DNA of 64,000 bases from an uncultured candidate division Zixibacteria bacterium. GTDB taxonomy: Bacteria; Zixibacteria; MSB-5A5; GN15; FEB-12. The stretch spans positions 1 to 64,000 of the forward strand of contig CAWDXE010000004.1 in NCBI GenBank assembly GCA_963806185.1, read 5' to 3'. The position numbers and the translations under genes were made by a program. The notes beneath the pieces were generated by a model. It ran no database searches. It had not been told where the DNA came from and was given only the letters and a program-made list of their open reading frames with translations. Positions 58,801 through 64,000 of the stretch are shown here, one piece after another (within the stretch, counting starts at the first letter, position 1; each line of letters starts with the position of its first letter).

Positions 58801-59143
58801 ACAGTATCCTGCTGCCGTCCGGGCTGAAACGCGGCTGAATGTCGTACGCCAGACCGCCGCTGACCAGAGTTGCCCTTCCGCCGGCAATCGGCATCAGGTA
58901 AATATCACCGAGTAGGTCGAAGACGATTTGTTTGCCGTCGGGGGAGACGTCAACCGTCATCCAGGTCCCTTCGGTCGTCGAAAACGAGATCGTGTCGCTC
59001 GCCACATGGGAGACTGTCACATCCCACTTCGCTTCCGCCGAATCCTTCGGGCCTGTTCCCGTCGAGTCAGCGATTACGTTTCCAGCCGTCATGGCCAGCC
59101 CAAAACAGGTCAGTCGAGTGATAAACCGTCGTGTGGTGTGCAT
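55892..59143 (-). CDS. Exported amidohydrolase with TolB/PD40 beta-propeller repeats
   Basis: EGTWMTVDVSPDG and repeated P.FSPDG; PGLIDVHAH; KSYNQPRR; GAHGQLQG; ADL. Confidence 0.9.
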   Translation of the reverse strand: MHTTRRFITRLTCFGLAMTAGNVIADSTGTGPKDSAEAKWDVTVSHVASDTISFSTTEGTWMTVDVSPDGKQIVFDLLGDIYLMPIAGGRATLVSGGLAYDIQPRFSPDGSRILFVSDRAGGDNLWTMKTDGSDPVQITKESFRLLNNPAWHPSGNYVVAKKHFTGYRSLGAGEMWMYKFPEGGQGVQLTHKKNDQQDANEPIFSPDGKYLYWSEDMSPGPYFQYNKDPNGTIFVIRRLELQTNEITNIIEINGGACRPETSPDGKTMAFVRRVRTKSVLSLCDLANNQVRPLWDSLDEDQQETWTLFGVYPGFSWTPDGKDIVIWAKGKIWRVNVASGTATEIPFQVDVRQVVAKALRFPQTIGGETFPVKVIRWPQVTPAGNEVVFQALGYLYRRPLPSGQASRLTRQTDHFEFAPSLSPNGKEIMFTTWNDTSGGTIRVMSADGRSERTVVARPGHYVSASFSPDGSWIVYHRGTGDGYRGQLWETDPGIYLVDAAGRTAPRLLTREGESPRFSKDGQRVYLNSREGEKAALVSIDLLGSDRRVLATSQYAVDFRLSPDEQWLAFEELWQAYVTPFTLLNQPLEVGPQMQGLPVKQLSKDAGTFLSWSSDSKTVWWSLGPELFSNTPAGLYDKDTSKVTKQSMLNLGWQEKADIPYTDLYLVGGRVLPMNDMSVIDNAVVHIKGNRIAEVGTKDQVAVPSGATVVDVTGKTIMPGLIDVHAHPGSSNAGMYAQQSWGYLANLAFGVTTMHDPSNNSQMIFGMAELEKQGAILSPRVFSTGTILYGADGDFKSVIDKYDDAVSAVKRTIAWGAISVKSYNQPRREQRQMIIKAASELNTMVVPEGGSTLNHMLTMVLDGQTTLEHPFPVAPLYEPELQLMGRSGTGYTPTLIVGYGGLWGENYWYQHNNVWENKRLMTFVPRSVVDPRSMRRTMAPEDQYHHFALAKTATDILRHGGNVELGAHGQLQGLGAHWELWMLQQGGMTNHEALQCATWRGARAIGMDKELGSIQKGLLADLIVIDGNPLKDIRQSENIDYTMINGRMYDARTLEELYPVHKALPKGPHFDGSSTIGLSNSCLGD

Positions 59144-59337
59144 ACAGAGCAACCTCTTGGAGAGTGTCCTCACCGGCCGCCGGCGAGCGTCTAGCCCGAT
59201 CCGGCGACTGGCGCCGCCTTGGATTTCTGACGAACATAATGCCGCCCGACGCGAAACGCAATCTGTCTCTCGGACTGCCATGAATCGGATTGTCGATTAT
59301 TCAACTCGGATCGTGGATTTTGAGGCAGACTTAAAAC

Positions 59338-59355
59338 TTGACAATTCCTTGTCAA
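59338..59355. promoter_or_regulatory. Palindrome in a divergent promoter region
   Basis: TTGACAA-ttcc-TTGTCAA; TATAGT at 59373. Confidence 0.5.
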
Positions 59356-59418
59356 TGCGCCCATCTCTGAGGTATAGTTGATCTGTCGCACCCTCGCAAC
59401 CAAGGAGCAACAGCGAAA

Positions 59419-59805
59419 ATGCCTATGACATACACTGTTGATTCTGAGCATCAACTGGTTAAGGCTCGAATCTTCGGCGTCCTCGTCGCCGACGATATCA
59501 AGAAGTTCGTGGCCGAACGGTCAACGCGCGAGGAAATTCAGGGCTTCGATATGTTTGTGGATCTGAGCGATGTGGAATCCATCGACTACCAGTCGCCCGC
59601 GCAACTCATCGATATTGTCCGCGTTGCGACGAAAGGTGACAACAAGCATCGGCGGTCGAAAATGGCCATCGTAGTAGGTTCCGATTCCGACTTTGGTTTG
59701 AGTCGCATGTATCAATCCTATCGCGACTCGCAGCCGGGAGCCAATCGCGAACTCCGCATCTTTCGAACGATGGAAGAGGCCATGGCGTGGCTTGGTCAAT
59801 CGTGA
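59419..59805 (+). CDS. STAS/SEC14-like (SpoIIAA-like) hypothetical protein
   Basis: KMAIVV...FGLSRMY...IFRTMEEAMAWL; AAGGAG RBS. Confidence 0.75.
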   Translation: MPMTYTVDSEHQLVKARIFGVLVADDIKKFVAERSTREEIQGFDMFVDLSDVESIDYQSPAQLIDIVRVATKGDNKHRRSKMAIVVGSDSDFGLSRMYQSYRDSQPGANRELRIFRTMEEAMAWLGQS

Positions 59806-59825
59806 AAGATGTCTGATCGCGATCA

Positions 59826-60851
59826 TCAAGTGTATTGAAAGAGGAAGCGCACCAGTCGCTCCGCGACCACCTTACTTCGACACGCCGCCAACGTCCAGTC
59901 GATCATCGCATTGGCTATTCCCGGCGTTCGCCGGGCCAACTCCATCAACTTTTCATGTTGCGCCTTGCGACCCAGCATTTTCCGTACGGCAACCGGACGG
60001 TAGTGCGGATCGAGAATCGTCCTCGCCGCCTCTTGCCCGGAAACAACGGCGTTCGCGATGCCTTCACCGGTCAGCCCCGACGCAAACCCACCGGCATCGC
60101 CAATCAAAAATACGTTATCGAATTGCCATCCGCGATAGTCATACGAAATCGGCCACGACTGTGTGGGGCAGTCACGAACTTGCCATCCCCGCTCTTCGGC
60201 CCAGTGCAGGCAATGCTCGCCGATCGGCCAGGTGTGCTTTGGGTCCATGTCCCGCCCCAAACCGACGAGGGTGTGGTGTTCGTGCGGCACTACCCACCCG
60301 CACCCTAACCCCAGCTTGCGATAATCAAGATACAGCTCGAATCGAGCACTTGTCTGCGGCACCAGGAATTGAAACGTTGTTCCGGTTCGCGTCACGGGAA
60401 TGCCGAGTTTCCGACGTACCATCGAGTTTGAACCGTCTGCGCCAATCAGAAATCGATATGTCACCGGTTCGCCATTCACCAACACGTGTTCTTTGCTGAT
60501 CTGTTTGACCAATGAACCTGTGACTACCTCGGCCCCCGCTCGGGTCGCCGAGGCCAGCATCCGCCGGCCGAGCGTCCCCCGGTCGTACACTGCCAGGTAC
60601 GGATTGTCCAGCGACAAACGATGATGCTGCATTCCTATGAATACACTTATCGAGCTGAACAGCCTGTCCGGTCGCCCGTACGCTTTCTCTGTCCACTCGT
60701 CGTAGGGCAGGAAACCGGCACAGACTTTGGGGCCGACCACCTCATTCTTCTCGATCACGAGCACACTCTTGCCGTGTTGTGCCAACTCCAGGGCCGCGGT
60801 CAGCCCGCCGGGACCGGCGCCGACAATGACAATTTCATACGCCTGACGCAT
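59826..60851 (-). CDS. Geranylgeranyl reductase-like FAD-dependent oxidoreductase
   Basis: GAGPGG, KVCAG, IGADGSNS, IGDAGG...GEGI. Confidence 0.88.
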   Translation of the reverse strand: MRQAYEIVIVGAGPGGLTAALELAQHGKSVLVIEKNEVVGPKVCAGFLPYDEWTEKAYGRPDRLFSSISVFIGMQHHRLSLDNPYLAVYDRGTLGRRMLASATRAGAEVVTGSLVKQISKEHVLVNGEPVTYRFLIGADGSNSMVRRKLGIPVTRTGTTFQFLVPQTSARFELYLDYRKLGLGCGWVVPHEHHTLVGLGRDMDPKHTWPIGEHCLHWAEERGWQVRDCPTQSWPISYDYRGWQFDNVFLIGDAGGFASGLTGEGIANAVVSGQEAARTILDPHYRPVAVRKMLGRKAQHEKLMELARRTPGIANAMIDWTLAACRSKVVAERLVRFLFQYT

Positions 60852-60938
60852 AGCCTATGATACCTTGCACCGAGAATTCCGAAAAGGGAAGATTGAGGGT
60901 AGAAAAGTATGATCCCGTCCGAATATATTCGTCCCCGA

Positions 60939-61289
60939 TTAGAGTCGATTCTCATCAATCGGACCTGACACTATGTCATACCCTTTGTCGACCCAGGCGA
61001 TTATACCACCGGCGACATTGAACGCGTTGACATACCCAAGACTGCGCAGAAACAGAGTGGCAAGATCACTTCGCCGTCCGCTACGGCAGAAGCAGTAGAT
61101 GGGAACCTGCTTGTGGGTCGGCAGCCTATCGAGATGCAAGTTGATGAGATCGTAGGGGAGAAGGGCGTCGGAAAACGCCAGTCGACCGGCCACGTATTCC
61201 GGCAACGTGCGAACATCCAGGAGGAAGAAGTCGTGATTCCGCGCCGCCCGTTCGCGCAATTCGGCCACGGTTATCGCCGGCGCATTCAT
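60939..61289 (-). CDS. Single-domain rhodanese
   Basis: LLDVRT..EY, CRSGRRS, GGIIAW. Confidence 0.92.
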   Translation of the reverse strand: MNAPAITVAELRERAARNHDFFLLDVRTLPEYVAGRLAFSDALLPYDLINLHLDRLPTHKQVPIYCFCRSGRRSDLATLFLRSLGYVNAFNVAGGIIAWVDKGYDIVSGPIDENRL

Positions 61290-61352
61290 GATGTGGAATC
61301 TCCTCCCCGAAACTTCAGACCGCCCCCATGTGAATCATCGCAGAACCGACCG

Positions 61353-61811
61353 TCACTGCACCGTCTTGAAACTGTAGACTCGCCACTTGTCGTTGACCCG
61401 GTGCAGCCCGAAAAGCGTCCGGTACCCCTTTGACGCCTTCTTGTCGACAAAGGTCACTTCCACTGTCGCCGTTTCGCCCAGTACTTCGGATTTGTTGACT
61501 ATCCGCTGCATGGCGAACCAACGCTGTTTGGTCAATCCTTCGCCCGTCAAGTCATCGAGCACCTGCTGCGGATTGGTGAAAGTCCTCGGCTGATCCGTGG
61601 TGAGCGCGTAGTCCTGGTTCGTGTTTTTCATTAATTCGGCCAGGTCCAGCAGATGCGCCAACGACGCCTTGTCGTCCTTTTCCATCGCTCCGAAAACTGC
61701 GATCACGACTTCCTTCGGGTCCGATGAATCGGACCCCTTACCGGCGCACGAAGCCAGCGACAGGATCGCACCCGCAGCCCAGATGGCCCAAACCAAACGC
61801 AGCTTCTTCAT
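61353..61811 (-). CDS. Hypothetical lipoprotein (NTF2-like fold possible)
   Basis: Lipobox LASC; ATVEV...L.RVNDKWRV. Confidence 0.7.
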   Translation of the reverse strand: MKKLRLVWAIWAAGAILSLASCAGKGSDSSDPKEVVIAVFGAMEKDDKASLAHLLDLAELMKNTNQDYALTTDQPRTFTNPQQVLDDLTGEGLTKQRWFAMQRIVNKSEVLGETATVEVTFVDKKASKGYRTLFGLHRVNDKWRVYSFKTVQ

Positions 61812-61813
61812 AG

Positions 61814-62779
61814 CTAGAATCCCCCGCTCAGGGTTATGCGATGACTCGTGCCCAGATCGGCTCCGGGCGCGACCGCGTATGCCAGTTCATACTTCCCAAA
61901 TTCAAAACCGACACCGGCAGAAAATCCGGCCCAGGTATCACTCTTGCCGACCGCCTCATAGTTGCTGCCGAAACTGTTCCACCCGAGGCGTATGTATAGC
62001 GGCCGCGTGCGATAGAATTCCGTTCCCACCGCAAACACCGGATCATTGTCGAATGGCAATATACCATCGATCGAAAACTGACACGGCAATTCTCTCGGGC
62101 GAATCCCCACTCCCGCGCGCAGGGTGGTCGGCAATCCATCCTTCTCCTCGCCCAGGCCTGATAGTTGCGCCCCCAGATTCAACAAGGAAATGCCGGCCCG
62201 ATACCGCTCCCGGTCACTGGCATATTTTGCGCCCAGGTCAACGGCGACTCCGGTGGCGGAATACTCTTCTATCTTCTCATATATGATCTTGGCACTCCCG
62301 CCGAACGAGAAATTCACATGGTACTTCATGGCAAAACTGCCCGACAACACCAGTGATCCACCGCCAAACGTACCGTTCTCCACACCCTCCAGGTCAGTGC
62401 GCACGAATTCACCATAGTTCAGATAGCTGATCGATCCGCCAATCGACCGATTTTCGTCCAGGGGATGGATCACGCCGATAAAACCCGACTGCAAATCCTC
62501 AAAGTAATTATGATACCCCAGTATGAACCGGTCGGCTAAAAGGTCGCGTTCTTCCGACCAGGAGACAATCCCGGCCGGATTGTAATAGAGTGACGATGCG
62601 TCATCCGCCAGACCGGTGAAGGCCCCGCCCATACTGACAGGCCGCGCCGCCGCATCAACCTTCAAGAACGAAAACGAGCTCGTCCCTGCGTCTTTCCCTC
62701 CGGCCAACAGGGGAAGAGGCAGAACTGCCAGGCAGGCCGAGATCAGGAGTTGGCGTATTTTGTTGTGGTGCATGGTCAT
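61814..62779 (-). CDS. PorV/PorQ family outer-membrane protein
   Basis: FLKVDAAARPVSMGGAF...YYNPAG, YLNYG, DLG, LPTTLRAG, C-terminal F. Confidence 0.85.
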   Translation of the reverse strand: MTMHHNKIRQLLISACLAVLPLPLLAGGKDAGTSSFSFLKVDAAARPVSMGGAFTGLADDASSLYYNPAGIVSWSEERDLLADRFILGYHNYFEDLQSGFIGVIHPLDENRSIGGSISYLNYGEFVRTDLEGVENGTFGGGSLVLSGSFAMKYHVNFSFGGSAKIIYEKIEEYSATGVAVDLGAKYASDRERYRAGISLLNLGAQLSGLGEEKDGLPTTLRAGVGIRPRELPCQFSIDGILPFDNDPVFAVGTEFYRTRPLYIRLGWNSFGSNYEAVGKSDTWAGFSAGVGFEFGKYELAYAVAPGADLGTSHRITLSGGF

Positions 62780-62829
62780 TCTCCTCGAAGTATATCCGCC
62801 TCGTCAAACGGTGTCAATTACAATCCGGC

Positions 62830-63318
62830 TCACCACGAACGGGTCGTCCGGCTCAGAATCGTCTGTACCAGCGCTTGCGCCGCTCGCTCCTGACCCACCT
62901 CTTCAGTTTCATCATTGGCACTGAAGATCCCCTCTTGCGTGACGCTTTCCTTCCAGATCTCGGCTTGGTCCTTCGTGCTCTTGAGCGCCAGATCGAACCC
63001 GACCATCACCTTGTACGAGCTGACCTGATCGTTCTCGTCAAACTGGTACGGCACCCGCTCGTACCGCGCCAGCGTCGCCACCAGCAGTACGTCCGCTAAG
63101 TCCGCACTCACCACCTTGAATGTCCCATCCGCGATAAAAGCATCAGTCACGATATTGGTCAATCGATCGGCCAACCCATATTCCGGCGTCGTGTTATTGA
63201 ACGGCTCGATGGCAATGCTCTTATAATCCGACTTGCCGCGAGGGTTCAGCGTATAGACGCCGCACCCGGTCATGGTGAGGATGAGTAAAAGAGTACAAAC
63301 GGCTGCGAGCCTGGTCAT
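62830..63318 (-). CDS. lptE: LptE family lipoprotein
   Basis: Lipobox MTGC; SIAIEPFNN.T.EYGL...LT; ends in W. Confidence 0.75.
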   Translation of the reverse strand: MTRLAAVCTLLLILTMTGCGVYTLNPRGKSDYKSIAIEPFNNTTPEYGLADRLTNIVTDAFIADGTFKVVSADLADVLLVATLARYERVPYQFDENDQVSSYKVMVGFDLALKSTKDQAEIWKESVTQEGIFSANDETEEVGQERAAQALVQTILSRTTRSW

Positions 63319-63321
63319 ATG

Positions 63322-64000
63322 CTACTGGTCGATGACAACTTTGCCGCGCTTGATGACTTTGCGGACCAGATTGACGCCGTAATGATACGGCAATTCTCGA
63401 TAATCCTGCATATCCCAAAGAACCATGTCGGCCTGCTTGCCGGCCGTCAACTGCCCGATTCGCGCTGCCCGATCAATTGCCACGGCCGCGTTGACCGTCA
63501 CGGCCGAAATCGCCTCCGCCGCCGTCATCTTCAACTGCAGGGCCGCGAGCGTGACAATCATTGACAGCGACTCCGTGCAGCTCGATCCCGGATTGCAGTC
63601 AGTCGACAGCGCCACCGTTACTCCGGACTCTATCATCTGGCGCGCCGGGGCGTAATGCTTACCCCCGAGCGAGAAAGTCGTTCCCGGCAGAAGTACGGCC
63701 ACCGTGCCCGACTTCGCTAGTGCACTTATGCCCTCGTCCGAGATATGCATCAAATGATCGGCCGAGATCGCCCCCATCGAGGCCGCCAATTCCGCCCCGC
63801 CCGATCCCGCCAGTTCGTCGGCATGGAACTTCAGTTTCAGTCCGGCGCCCTTTGCGGCCGATTGAATTCGCGTGGACTCGTCATTCGAAAAGACCCCTTC
63901 CTCGCAAAACACGTCGGAAAACTCAGCCAGTTTGTTCTTCGCGACCTGCGGGATCATTTCATTAACCAACAAATCGATATATGCCGTCCGGTTGGATCGG
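63322..64000 (-). CDS. hutI: Imidazolonepropionase, 5' truncated by window edge
   Basis: DVFCEEGVF, HADEL, SADHL, LLPGT, STDCNPGS, TVNAA. Confidence 0.93.
   Translation of the reverse strand, partial: RSNRTAYIDLLVNEMIPQVAKNKLAEFSDVFCEEGVFSNDESTRIQSAAKGAGLKLKFHADELAGSGGAELAASMGAISADHLMHISDEGISALAKSGTVAVLLPGTTFSLGGKHYAPARQMIESGVTVALSTDCNPGSSCTESLSMIVTLAALQLKMTAAEAISAVTVNAAVAIDRAARIGQLTAGKQADMVLWDMQDYRELPYHYGVNLVRKVIKRGKVVIDQ

Overview
Bacterial genomic window of moderately high GC. It resembles Candidatus Zixibacteria, an inference from the Cys-flanked dockerin-like C-terminal tags, the PorV-like gene and the gene mix. 1-2 kb: GNAT fragment and mtaB. 2-27 kb: a large flagellar cluster (motE/flbB-like, fliK, flgD, TIGR02530-type gene, flgE, flbD, fliLMNOPQR, flhBAFG, fliA, DUF2225, three PilZ proteins, a GAF-HisKA protein, two receivers, fapA) with recognisable sigma54 and sigma28 promoters. 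Six consecutive genes (fliP to flhF) are disrupted as sequenced, most likely by read errors. A tRNA-Ser(GCT) follows. 27-48 kb is an accessory cell-surface region: a PP2C / Ser-Thr kinase pair, a 1681-aa propeller-dockerin-cohesin-FG-GAP-dockerin protein, a FAAL-ACP-MBOAT-SGNH acylation cassette bracketed by dockerin-coding DNA, an outer-membrane barrel/DUF4266/DUF3570 operon, and a tail-fibre-like protein paired with a small dockerin-tagged partner. 48-64 kb: cysteine desulfurase, a dsrC-dsrM-dsrK-like trio without dsrAB, a POT transporter, an amidohydrolase, rhodanese, a porV-like gene, lptE and partial hutI. The best candidate for an undescribed system is a dockerin/cohesin-based surface display scheme in which a small dockerin adaptor anchors a fibre protein. 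All family calls come from motif recognition by eye; no searches were run.
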